Positions 1-10,577 of a stretch of DNA of 64,000 bases are shown piece by piece; the first letter of the stretch is position 1, and each line of letters starts with the position of its first letter. The notes below the pieces were generated by a model that had not been told where the DNA came from, searched no databases, and saw only the letters and a program-made list of their open reading frames with translations. Source of the DNA: Squalus acanthias (taxonomy: Eukaryota); contig JASTWF010000339.1 in assembly GCA_030390025.1 (NCBI GenBank), positions 434,001 to 498,000 of the forward strand. Direction: 5' to 3'. The translations under genes and the position numbers were made by a program.

Positions 1-153
1 GGACAGAAATTCAGAACAGACAATTCCAGTTTCTAAAGAACATTCTTTCCTCTCTTGTTCCTCCAAAGCTGTAAATCCCCATCCCACACATTGGATTTTA
101 GCACAGGGAGGAGTGACAAACACACCACACGTCTCAAGATAGTTTCTCCACCA

Positions 154-362
154 ACTCTGGTTGGGTTCTGTTCTGCACTCACTGGTTCCCCTCCCTCTCC
201 TCCCCTGAAGGTGCTGACTCTGGCTGGGTTCAGTTCTACACTCACTGGTTCTCCTCCCCTGAAGGTGCTGACTCTGGCTGGGTTCAGTTCTGCACTCACT
301 GGTTTTCCCTCCCTCTCCTCCCCTGAAGGTGCTGACTCTGGCTGGGTTCAGTTCACTCACTG
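154..362 (-). repeat. ~54-61 bp intronic minisatellite (~4 units) at the first-exon/intron boundary of a ZNF gene lying left of the window
   Basis: Repeated gaaggtgctgactctggctgggttcagttc(t)acactcactgg; same unit at 30968-31131 and, reversed, 55501-55680; bases 1-90 match the ZNF intron at 30811-30900. Confidence 0.85.
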
Positions 363-780
363 GGACCCTGAAGCGTCGCCCACTCGTGGTTCCTTTACAA
401 AGATGGCTGCGCATGCGCTCTACCGCTCGTTCAGGCATGTTTGGGAAACACAAACCCTCAGCTTTCCGTTACAAAGATGGCGGCCGTTAACCTGGACCTT
501 TTACCAGGAAAAAGCCTCCGAGCTGCAAACGGGAAACCTGTCGGTTCTCATTCTGGGCTTGCGCCCTACACCAGGTGTTTATGAAGCTCATCCGCCGGGT
601 GCTTTACCTGTCTGCGCCCCGCGTTTGTCGCACTCGCCCGGCTCTGATCACAGTGACACTGCGCATGCTCCAAATACAGGCGGGCACTGCGCCTGCGCAC
701 TGGGCTCCTCCAGTGTGAATGGGGCACATTCTCCCCCGTGGGGCATGCTGGGGAACATTGAAAGTCCCAATTAGTGAATG
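360..780 (-). promoter_or_regulatory. CpG-rich ZNF promoter/first exon, family 1
   Basis: YY1-type aagatggc at 400 and 474; NRF1-type gcgcatgcgc 409 and tgcgcctgcgca 688; ZNF143-like gcatgctgggga 743; minus-strand donor CA|GTGAGT at ~360; paralogs 31130-31600 and 55040-55500. Confidence 0.7.
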
Positions 781-908
781 GAGAATGAGTTTCTGTGATC
801 CCATTGAGAGAGAATTCATCAATAATTCACACACAAACACCAGTGCACGGGCACTCTGCCATGGTTCAGTCCTGGATGTGATTAATAACAGAATCCAAAC
901 CCCTGCAG

Positions 909-1620
909 TCACATGTGAACTCACTGGAGTCTCAGCAGGTGGGGTGAATTTCTTCCCACATCCAGGATATTGAAACAGCCTCTCTCCAGTATCAATGCGC
1001 TGATCGTGCATCAGCTACTTTGAACTTTAAAAAGCTTTTCTCACTGTCAGAGTATTTACAGCAACTGTTCTTAATGTGGACACTCTGGGGTGTCAACAGT
1101 TGGGACAACGGAGTGAATCCCTTCCCACACGTGAAGTATCTAAACGGTCTCTCTCCAGTGTGACTGTACTGGTGTGTCAGTAAATGGGATTATCGATTGA
1201 ATCACTTTCCACATTCAGAGCAGAGAATGGATTCTCCCCATTATGAACATGTTAGGGCGGGAATAGTTGAGATAACTGAGTGACTCTCTATCCACAATCA
1301 GCTGGTGAACAGCCTCTCTCCCCGGTGTGACAGTTTCAATGAGTTTGCACCTCAGACTGAACCCGTTCCCACATTCCCCACATTTACACTGTTGATTCAG
1401 GTGGGCGCACGAGTCTCACAGACTAGACGATTTGTTAAAAGTGGATCCAGGCACAGAACACGTGTCCTGTTTCTCCCCGCTGTGATTGGTGCTTTTTCCT
1501 TCTATATCCAAAGGCCGATGATATTCAGGTCCTGATAATCTGGTGAATGTCAAATCTTGACGCAATGTTTGGATTCGGTTTCCATCTGCAGATCCTCCCC
1601 TTCTAATACCCTCATATGGT
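909..1620 (-). pseudogene. Degenerate C2H2 zinc-finger exon (ZNF-B type)
   Basis: Decayed TGERxF..C..CGK motifs (ORF 604..1011 reads [18 protein letters not shown]); ends in the typical ZNF stop context gtgactgcagg; many frameshifts. Confidence 0.75.
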
Positions 1621-1834
1621 GTTTACAACAGGATAGAACTTCAAAACAGACAAATCTAGTTTCTATACAACATCCTTTCCCCTCCTGTCCCTCCTAAGCT
1701 GTAAATTCCCCATTCTACACTCTCCCTTCATCCTTACTGTCTAAAAACAACATTCATTACATCATCTGGGATTTTGTGTCTCTCCTTCTCTCCAGAAGGA
1801 ACTGAATCTGGCTGGGTGCAATTAGTTAACCTCT

Positions 1835-3033
1835 ACATTTTGGTAGGAAGAACGAGGAGAGGCAATATATACTAAAGGGTACAATTCTATAGGGGGTGCC
1901 TGAACAGAGAGACCTGGGGGTTTATGTATACAAATCATTGAAGGTGGCAGGGCAGGTTGAGAAAGTGGTTAAAAAGCATACGGGATCCTGGGCTTCATAA
2001 ATAGAGGCATAGAGTACAAAAGCAAGGAAGTTATGATGAGCTTTTATAAAACACTGGTCCGACCTCTCTGGAGTTTAGAAGAATGAGAGGTGATCTCATT
2101 GAAACATACAAGATTTTGAAGGGGATTGACAGGGTAGATGCTGAGAGTTTGTTTCCCCTGGCTGGAGTGTCTAGAACTAGGGGGCATAGTCTCAGGATAA
2201 GGGGTAGGCCATTTAAGACCGAGATGAGGAGGAATTTCTTCACTCAGAGGGTTGTGAATCTTTGGAATTCTCTGCCTCAGAGGGCTTTGAATGCTGAGTC
2301 TTTGAGTATATTCAAGGCTGAGATAGATAGATTTTTGGACTCCAGGGGAATCAAGATTTATGGCGATCGGGTGGGAAAGTGGAGTTGAGGTCGATGATCA
2401 GCCATGATCTTATTGAATGGTGGAGCAGGCTCGAGGGACATGGCCTACTCCTGCTCTTATTTCTTATGTCCTCAACTGGAGTATTGTGTCCAATTCTGGG
2501 CACCATACTTTAGGAAGGATGTGAAGGCCTTCGAGAGGGTGAGGAAAAGATTTGTTCCAGAAAAAATGGTTCCTGGGATGAGGGACTTCAGTTACGTGGA
2601 TAGACTAGAGAAGCTGGGGTTGTTTTCCTTGGAGCAGAGAAGGTTGAGAGGAGATTTGATAGACATCATGTTCAACATCATGAGGGGTCTAGACGGAGTA
2701 GATAGAGAGAAGCTGTTCCCACTGGCGGAAGGGTCGAGAACTAGAGGACACAGATTTAAGGTGATTGGCAGACGAACCAAAGGTGACATGAGGAAAAACA
2801 TTTTTACGCAGCGAGTGGTTAGGATCTGGAATTCACTGCCTGAAAGGGTGGTGGAGGCAGATTCCACTGTGGCTTTCAAAAGGGAATTGGATAAGTACCT
2901 GAAGAAAAAATGTTGGCAGGGCTACGAGGAAAGGGTGGGGGGAGTGGGACTAGCTGAAGTGCTCTTGCAGAGAGCCGGCACGGGCTCGATGGGCCTCCTA
3001 CTGTGCTCTAACGAGTCTATGATTCTATGATTC
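1835..3033 (+). mobile_element. CR1 LINE 3' fragment with a second CR1 3' end (~2067-2469) nested inside
   Basis: CR1 ORF2 C-terminus ([29 protein letters not shown], FFTQRVVxxWNSLP); tails ttcttatg and tctatgattctatga. Confidence 0.9.
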
Positions 3034-3039
3034 TAGAGC

Positions 3040-3290
3040 CTCACCACCAGCCGACTCAGTGAGTGTCAGCAGTGACAGCAGTCCAATCCTGCCCTCAATT
3101 GACATCCATACACTTCCCAGTTGATGTCACTGGATCTCCATCAGGAGCAGGGGCAGTGGCTGATTCTTACTCTTAGTTAGCCCAGTGGTACTGAGGATAA
3201 TTATAGCCCCTGAACTGCTGCCTTGTCAGAGATCAACTAACAGCACAGACCAAGGATTGAACTAGGTACCTTCCTAGTCAGTAGTGCAGA
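3040..3290 (-). mobile_element. Degenerate tRNA-derived SINE-like repeat
   Basis: Minus-strand B-box-like agttcaatcc followed by tgtgctgttagttgatctc; resembles a common chondrichthyan SINE from memory; duplicated at ~45015-45245. Confidence 0.4.
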
Positions 3291-3942
3291 GTGTTTTAAA
3301 GTGGAAGGGGGAGGGGGAGAACAGAATATTTAGAAAGAAATATCACTCCACCTTTAAACGAAACCTTCATTACACTGCAAAATTCTGAAGACTTTCAATA
3401 TTAAACAAGCAAGTCAAATGGATCGTCAAAAATAGTGAGACATTTTAGAAAGGCTCAAGTCACTGAAACAGACAGGTTTACAATCACTGCACAGTACAGA
3501 AGGGAGCGACTGTTAATGGGAGCTCTGTTAGTGAAGTCCGCCGACACTCCAAGATAAACGGGTCTGTCTCTTTAACTATAAATAGGCAGAGAAGGGGGAG
3601 TCCCTGTCCCTTTTAAATATCTGGCCCATTCCCCCAGGCAGTGGGAGGAGGAACAGCGCGCGGTCTCTTTATATCCTGACCCAGCGGGCCCCGCCGGATG
3701 GGCTGCCGCAGGGTCCTAAAGCCCACAGAAAGAATTTTTCAATCGGGTTAAACAGAACAACTGAAAAGAGCTCACACAAAGTGTTTGTTATATGTGCGAG
3801 TGTGTAAACAAACCACATAATTCTTAATGTCTGCTCGTGCATTCCACAGAGATAAATTATCACCAATTATTGATCAGCATTTTATTTCCTTTATTCACAG
3901 TGTAACTTCAGAGCGTTGAATCCCTTTAACATTTATTGAGAA

Positions 3943-4174
3943 TGATGCGGAGATGCCGGTGTTGGACTGGGGTGGACAAAATTGAGAGGTCGCACAACAC
4001 CAGGTTATAGTCCAACAGTTTTATTTGAAATCACAAGCTTTCGGAGCTATCGATTGCCCCTTCCTCAGGTGAAGTGGCTCTCTTCACCTGAGGAAGGGGC
4101 AATCGATAGCTCCGAAAGCTTGTGATTTCAAATAAAACTGTTGGACTATAACCTGGTGTTGTGCGACCTCTCAA
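3943..4174 (-). mobile_element. 232-bp foldback insertion: truncated Penelope-like element made of an inverted pLTR pair
   Basis: Perfect 93-bp inverted arms 3982-4074 and 4082-4174 with a 7-nt spacer; 39-bp unpaired tail 3943-3981; 12-bp TSD atttattgagaa (3931-3942, 4175-4186); empty site at 60063-60074. Confidence 0.85.
4084..4125 (+). ncRNA. Minimal type I hammerhead ribozyme motif (mirror copy on the minus strand at 4031-4072)
   Basis: tcac-CTGAGGA-a-ggggc-aatcgata-gctcc-GAAA-gc-TT-gtga: stem I tcac/gtga, stem II ggggc/gctcc, palindromic aagctt at helix III. Confidence 0.75.
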
Positions 4175-5348
4175 ATTTATTGAGAACCCATTGTCTTGTG
4201 GGCTCTTGTTTAGAAAGTGATGTCACACTGACCATTCCGTTCCCAAGGTGAGCCTGTCTGTCCGCAGTATTCAGTCGGAAAGGGGATTGAATCACATCGA
4301 GGATAATGAGCAGCCACCCACCAGTCTCTGCACTTTATTGTCCAGTGATCACCTCACCATCACACAGAAGCTCCTGATATAAACCTCCAGTGGGTGGTGA
4401 TTGGTGCAGGGTCAGTGGTGGAGTTCCGCAGCGGGACTGATCCTGGAGTAACCCCGTGGATGTTCCGGGTCGTATATTTTTAGTTATCCTGGTGTCTAAC
4501 ACGCACACATCAAGAAAACAGGGAATTCCTGGAAACACGCTGCAGGTCCTTCTTTATCTGGAGATCAAATGTCTGTTGTATAAGTGTACCAGCAGTTAAC
4601 AGGCTCCTGTGAACTCCTCCCTCTGCTATTTTAATGCAGACTTTAACCAATTTCTTTTAAACGGGTTTATTTTAAATGAGCTAACACCTGCCTTAAAATG
4701 GTAGACTCAGGACTGTCTCACACACACATATTAAATCTTCGTGGAATAATTACCAGTCATTTTTAGACTGGAAACTTAACCCTGCCGTTTCACTTCAGTC
4801 AGGAACAGATCGCAGTTTGACACCAATCTCTGATTTGACAGCACGTTTCCAGCATTCACCGTTGTTCTTCCTGATTCTAAACACAGTTGTAAAGGAGCCT
4901 TCTGTTCCATGCCTAGGAGCTGTGACCCATGGGAGTGAGCGGCTGGGACACATTCCTTACAGGCCTCGAGATTAACCTGCACGGGGTCATTGCTGTCAGT
5001 GAAGAGAGACGAGAAAGACCAAAGTGCCGTTTGCCCCTCTCAGTGTGGCCCTGAAGGACTGTTTCCAGGCTGTAGTTCTGTTCCCGCCATACGATCCTCC
5101 CCCCAGATTGTCCTTTCTGAGCTCCAGCCAGGTGATGCTAAACACTCAGGTGGGAACGACAAAATCCACAACAATGTGTTTAAAGCAAAGCTGATTTATT
5201 TGACATATATCCAGAATATTAATAAACTCCAGCCCAGTTATTGGGGTTATTAACATCAGCAGAAACAAACCCCAACTGTCAGTGTGAACACGATTCAGTC
5301 CGGGATGTAATTAACAGCAGCAGTAACATCAGAATCCAAACCCTGCAG

Positions 5349-6541
5349 TCACTTGTGAACTCGCTGGTGTATCAGCAGGTGGGAAGCCTGAGTGAAGCCC
5401 TTCCCACACTGAGAGCAGATGAACGGCCTCTCCGCAGTGTGAACTCGTTGGTGTTTCGTAAGGTCGGATGACCGAGTGAATCCCTTCCCACACTCGGAGC
5501 AGGTGAACGGCCTCTCCCCAGTGTGAACTCGCTGGTGTTTCAGAAGGTCGGATGAATTAGTGATTCCCTTCCCACACTCGGAGCAGGTGAACGGCCTCTC
5601 CCCAGTGTGAACTCGCTGGTGTTTCAGAAGGTCGGATGAATTAGTGAATCTCTTCCCACACTCAGAGCAGGTGAACGGTCTCTCCCCAGTGTGAACTCGG
5701 TGGTGTTTCAGAAGGTCGGATGACCGAGTGAATCCCTTCGCACACTCGGAGCAGGTGAACGGCCTCTCCCCAGTGTGAACTCGCTGGTGTTTCAGAAGGT
5801 CGGATGAATTAGTGATTCCCTTCCCACACTCGGAGCAGGTGAACGGCCTCTCCCCAGTGTGAACTCGCTGGTGTTTCAGAAGGTCGGATGAATTAGTGAA
5901 TCTCTTCCCACACTCAGAGCAGGTGAACGGTCTCTCCCCAGTGTGAACTCGGTGGTGTTTCAGAAGGTCGGATGACCGAGTGAATCCCTTCCCACACTCG
6001 GAGCAGGTGAACGGCCTCTCCCCGTTGTGAGTGCACTTGTGTACAGTGAGGGGAGATGATCTCCTGAACCCAGTCCCGCAGTGAGAGCACCTGAACGGAC
6101 TCTCGTCAGTGTGAACATGTTGATGGCATGTCAGTTCCCCGGAACTTCCCGCAGTCCGGGCATTTAAAAGGTCTCTCGTCAGTGTGAACTCGCTGGTGTG
6201 TCAGCAGGTTGGATGACTCAGTGAATCCCTTCCCACACTCGGAGCAGGTGAACGGCCTCTCCTCAGTGTGAACTTGCTGGTGTCTCAGCAGGTGGGATGA
6301 CTGAGTGAATCCCTTCCCACACTCAGAGCAGGTGAACGGCCTCTCCCCGGTGTGAACTCGTCGATGAGTTTCCAGCTCAAACGGGTAGTTGAATCCCTTC
6401 CCACAGTCCCCACATTTACACGGTTTCTCCCCAGTGTGACTGCGCTGTGCCTCGATACACCAGAGGATTGGCTGAAGCCTCGTCCACACTCAGAACACGT
6501 GTACGGTTTCTCCCCGCTCTGAACGGGCTTTCTGCTTCCAT
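5349..6541 (-). pseudogene. C2H2 zinc-finger pseudogene (~14 fingers), paralog of 37030-38403
   Basis: ATG (MEAES) at 6541; [16 protein letters not shown] repeats; HK-stop end; frameshifts near 6525, 6445 and 6145; acceptor AG at 6636-6637. Confidence 0.9.
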
Positions 6542-7031
6542 GTTCAAACGTTCTGATGAATCGAGTGACTCTGTCAGATCTTGAAGTGATGTTTGGTTTG
6601 AGTTTCCCGTCTGCAAATCCTCCCCTTCTAATACCCTGCAAAATTAATTTCAAACAGGAAAAAGGGAGTGTTTTGCAACTTAATCTCCCTTAGAATCCAC
6701 CTCCCTTCACAGTCCCACATTGGAAATTGTTGGGTCCCACTGGGCTCAGAAGTACTGGGGGTTAAACCCAGCAGCTTCTCCCCCCTCTCCACGCCAGCTC
6801 AAACTGATGCAACAAGAAAGCCCTACACAGGAGGCCAGGGACCGAGTTCCACATCCACCGCCCAACCTGATGCTAACCGGCTCTGAATTGCTCCCTCTGC
6901 TGTATAAATGCAAGTTGTTGTGTTTCTTGTCTGGGGGAGGTGCTGCACCCTGGGGTTAATGGTGCCGGGGCCCTGGTCGCACGTCCGCCGGCTCTGACTC
7001 GGGGCCTGAGACCAGCACTCGGTGTTGCTGA

Positions 7032-7112
7032 GGGATTCCAACCCTGGGACTGTACATGGGGATTCCAGCCCTCGGACTGTCCATGGGGATTCTAACCCTG
7101 GGACTGTACAAG
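7032..7112. repeat. 27-bp intronic VNTR, 3 units
   Basis: ggggattccaaccctgggactgtacat units. Confidence 0.9.
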
Positions 7113-7269
7113 GGGGGCCCAGCTCTGGGGCTCTTCTGTTACAATTTTGTGGGATGTTAACCGTGTGCTCTGCTTTTATCAGCGCCTTGAAGAGAGATGG
7201 TGAGAAATCCTAAGTGTGGAGAGTCTGAATCAAATAACTGACTCAATGATTTACTATCCCGGGCACTAG

Positions 7270-7700
7270 GACCCGGTTGGGAACAGACACTGAGGCCCGA
7301 CCACTCTTCGTCCGTCACTTCGATGACCGCGCATGCGCTTTGCTACTCACTGAATCAAGATGGCGGCCGTTATCCTGGGCCTGTGACTGGGAGAAGCCCC
7401 GAAGCTGCAAACGCGGGACCTTCAGGTTATTATTCGGCGCCTGCGGCCTGCAGCAGTTGTTCATGAAGCCTTTCCGCCCACCTGCCGGTCCATTGGTCCG
7501 CTGCGTCCGCCCGCTTCTGCTAATTAACCGGAGCAGGTCTATGGCATCGCTTTTCGCGCTCTTTCCAATTAGACGCACTGCGCATGCTCCAAACCCTGGT
7601 GTGTTCCGCGGCTGCGCACTGGGCTCCTGTAGTCCCGGTGCGGCACCTTCTCCCCCGCGGGGAATGCTGGGTAATAGCCCCGCCATTGAAAGGCCCCATC
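7270..7700 (-). promoter_or_regulatory. CpG-rich ZNF promoter/first exon, family 2
   Basis: Minus-strand donor GTGAGT at 7345-7350; caagatggcggcc (YY1) 7356; gcgcatgcgc (NRF1) 7329; minus-strand actacaggagcccag and cccagcatt (ZNF143-like); paralog 39480-39900. Confidence 0.7.
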
Positions 7701-7737
7701 AGTGAATAGAGCAGCATTTACTAGGAATGCATTGAGC

Positions 7738-7950
7738 ACTGAACCATGTTCATTCTGGCAGTTAGAGTGTGTTTCTGCTGATCTTAATAATCCCGATACC
7801 TGGGCTGGAGATTGATATTCTGTACAAATATTGAATAAATCAGCTTCGTTTCAAACACACAGTGTGTCAAATATTTGATTTCTCCATGATCAGAGGAGAC
7901 TAATTGATGTTCTGTTACCGACTGTTCCTTGTTTGGGCCTTTTCTTACTC
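7738..7950 (+). terminator. Orphan distal half of a ZNF 3' UTR with poly(A) signal, divergent from the family-2 promoter
   Basis: Reverse complement of the ZNF 3' flank at ~29770-29940; AATAAA at 7834-7839; paralog 39946-40079 continuing at 43163. Confidence 0.65.
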
Positions 7951-8019
7951 TAACTTATATCATTTCTCACCTAGTTCGCCTTCTCAGTGAGTAGCACACT
8001 CGCTATATCAATGCAATTC

Positions 8020-9170
8020 TGTTTTTCTTTACTTTTCTATCTCTTTTGTCATCCAGGGAGCTCTGGCTTTAGTTGGAATCATGGGAATGTACCCGAACCA
8101 TCTCCTCTTTAAAGGCAGCCCGTTGCCTGCCAATCTTTGATTCCAATTTACCCGGGCCAGATCCATTCTCAACTCACTGAAATTGGCCCTCCTCCAATTA
8201 AGTATTTTTACTCTAGATTGCTCCTTGTCCTTTTCCATAGCTAATCTGAAACTTATAATACTATTATCACTCTTCCCTAATGTTCCCCTCCTGACACTTG
8301 TCCACTTGATCCACCTCATTCCCCAGAACCAGATCCAGCAATGTCTTGTTCCTCGTTGGGCCGGAAACATACTGATGAAGAAAGTTCTCCTGAACACACT
8401 TCAGAAATTCTTCCCCTTCTCTGCCCTTTACACTATTACTATCCCAGTCAATATTAGGATAGTTGAAGTCCCAATTATCGCTACGCTATAGATCTTGCAC
8501 CTCTCTGTAAATTTCCTGCAAATTTGCTCCTCTATATCCTTCCCACGAGTTGGTGGCCTATAGAATACACCTAGTACTGTAATGGCACCACTATTGTTTC
8601 TCAACTCTAACCAAATAGATTCTGTCCTTGACGACACCAGGACATGTTCTCTCTCCAGCACTGTAATATTCTCCTTAATCAAGACTGCCACCCCCATCTC
8701 CTTTCTTTCCCTCCCTATCTTTCCTGAACACCTTATATCCATGAATATTTAGTACCCAATCCTGCCCTTTTTTGAGCCAGGTTTCCGTTATCGCCACAAC
8801 ATCATATTCCCACGTGGCTATCTGTGCCTGCAGCTCATCAACCTTATTTACCACACTAAGTGCGTTTACACACATGCACTGTAAACCTATCTTTGACCTT
8901 GTATTCTCTCTTAGTCTGACCCCACCAATTACCTTACTCTGTCCTACTATAATGCTATCTGTCTCTCCCAATCCTTTCTTTCTCCTTTCTAATGCTACAT
9001 CCTGGTACCCATCCCCCTGCCAAATTAGTTTAAACTCTCCCCAACAGCACTAGCAACTCCACCCACAGGAGGATATTGGTCTTGGTGACATCCTTGACTC
9101 TGGCACCAGGGAGGAAACATACCATCTTGGAATTACGTCTGCGGCCACAGAAAGCCCTGGCTGTACTCCC
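8020..9170 (-). mobile_element. CR1 LINE 5' region (APE endonuclease part, decayed)
   Basis: NALSVVNKVDEL...YDVVAITETWL, GVFYRPP, LNWRRANF. Confidence 0.85.
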
Positions 9171-9280
9171 CAGAGGAACCTTCGCCCTCACCCGTATTCA
9201 GTAACTTTGTTTGATAATGCCCCTGTGAAGTGGCTTAGGATGTTATATAAATGCTAGTTTTTGTTGTTGGATGTTATTAA

Positions 9281-9495
9281 ATTTGGTGTTGCCCTGTAAG
9301 TGATCCCTTGATTTGGTGTCACTGTGTAAGTAATCCCTGGATTTGGTGTCATAGTGTAAGTGGTCCCTGGATTTGGTGTCCGTGTGTAAGTGGTCCCTTG
9401 ATTTGGTGTCTCAATGTAAGTGGTCCCTGGATTTAGTGTCACAATGTAAATGGTTCCTTGGATTTATGTCACAGCGTAAGTGGTCCCTGGATTTA
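9281..9495. repeat. 30-bp minisatellite (~7 units) between two L2/SINE-type tails
   Basis: taagtggtccctggatttggtgtc... units; same family at 44130-44348; flanked by gataatgc(c/t)cctgtgaag...tataaat tails. Confidence 0.85.
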
Positions 9496-9658
9496 TTTAC
9501 CTCTGTCCTAATATCTCCATATTTGTCTCTATGTCAAAGTTTGTTTGATAATGCTCCTGTGAAGTGTCTTAGGACCTTTTATTGTGTTAAAGGTGCTATA
9601 TAAATACAAGTTTATGTTGTTGTTGGATGTTATTAACAACGGAATCCAACCATTGCTG

Positions 9659-10040
9659 TCACTTGTGAACTCGCTGGTGAGTCAACTGGCTGGATTCCCG
9701 ATTAAATCCGTCCCCACACACAAACCAAGTGAACGGTCTCTCCCCTGTGGGAGTACGTTGCTGCTGATTCAGCAGATCCCTTGTGCTTTAAAGCTCTTCT
9801 CACAGTCAGATCAGTTCAAACAAAAGCAACATACTGCGGATGCTGGAAATCTGAAATCAAAACAGAAAGTACTCAGCAGGTCAGGCAGCATCTGTGGAGA
9901 GAGAAACAGAGTTAACACTTCAGGTCGATGACCTTTCGTCAGAACATTTAAAAGGTCTCTTATCAGTATGAACAAGTTGGTGTGAAGTGAGGTTGGTTGA
10001 ACAAGTGAATCCCTTCCCACACACGGAGCAGGTAAAAGGA
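9659..10040 (-). pseudogene. C2H2 ZNF 3' fragment interrupted by a PLE end
   Basis: [34 protein letters not shown] and HK-stop end. Confidence 0.8.
9817..9946 (-). mobile_element. Penelope-like 3' end fragment with a mutated hammerhead core
   Basis: Reverse complement of ~43027-43160; core reads CTGACGA-a-aggtc-atc-gacct-GAAG-tg-TT. Confidence 0.75.
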
Positions 10041-10575
10041 ATTTTCAGAGGGTTGAGGGGCTGGAGGAGGTTACAGAGATAGGGAGGGGCGAGGCTATGG
10101 AGGGATTTGAAAACAAGGATGAGAATTTTTAAATCAAGGATATGGTAAAACACCCCAAGGTGCTTCACAGGAGCGATATCAAACACAATGTGACACTAAG
10201 CCGCATAAGGGGATGTTAGGACAGGTGACCAAAAGCTTGGTCGAAGAGGTAGGTTTTAAGGAGCGTCTTAAAGGAGGAGAGAGAGGCGGAGAGGTTTAGG
10301 GAGGGAAATCCGGAGCTTAGGGCCCAGGCAGCTGAAGGCACGGCCGCCAATGGTGGAGCGATTAAAAGCGGGGATGCTCAAGAGGCCAGAATCGGAGGTG
10401 CGCAGATATCTCGGAGGGTTGGAGGGCAGAAGAGATTTGGATGAGCTGAAGTTTCTGGAGGGGGGAAGATGGGAGGCCGGCCAGGAGAGCATTGGAATAG
10501 TGGAGTCTGGAGGTGACAGAGCCACAGCTGAGGCTTTCAGCAGGAGATGGGCTGAAACAGCAATGACCATGGTCG
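10040..10575 (-). mobile_element. L2-clade LINE 3' fragments
   Basis: SRLHYSNALLAGLP...[39 protein letters not shown]. Confidence 0.75.
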
Positions 10576-10577
10576 AT

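Noticed and set aside
55..774. 239-aa plus-strand ORF and similar ORFs over promoter modules
   Set aside because: GC-rich repeat/promoter sequence with no recognisable domain; the frame is not preserved in paralogs
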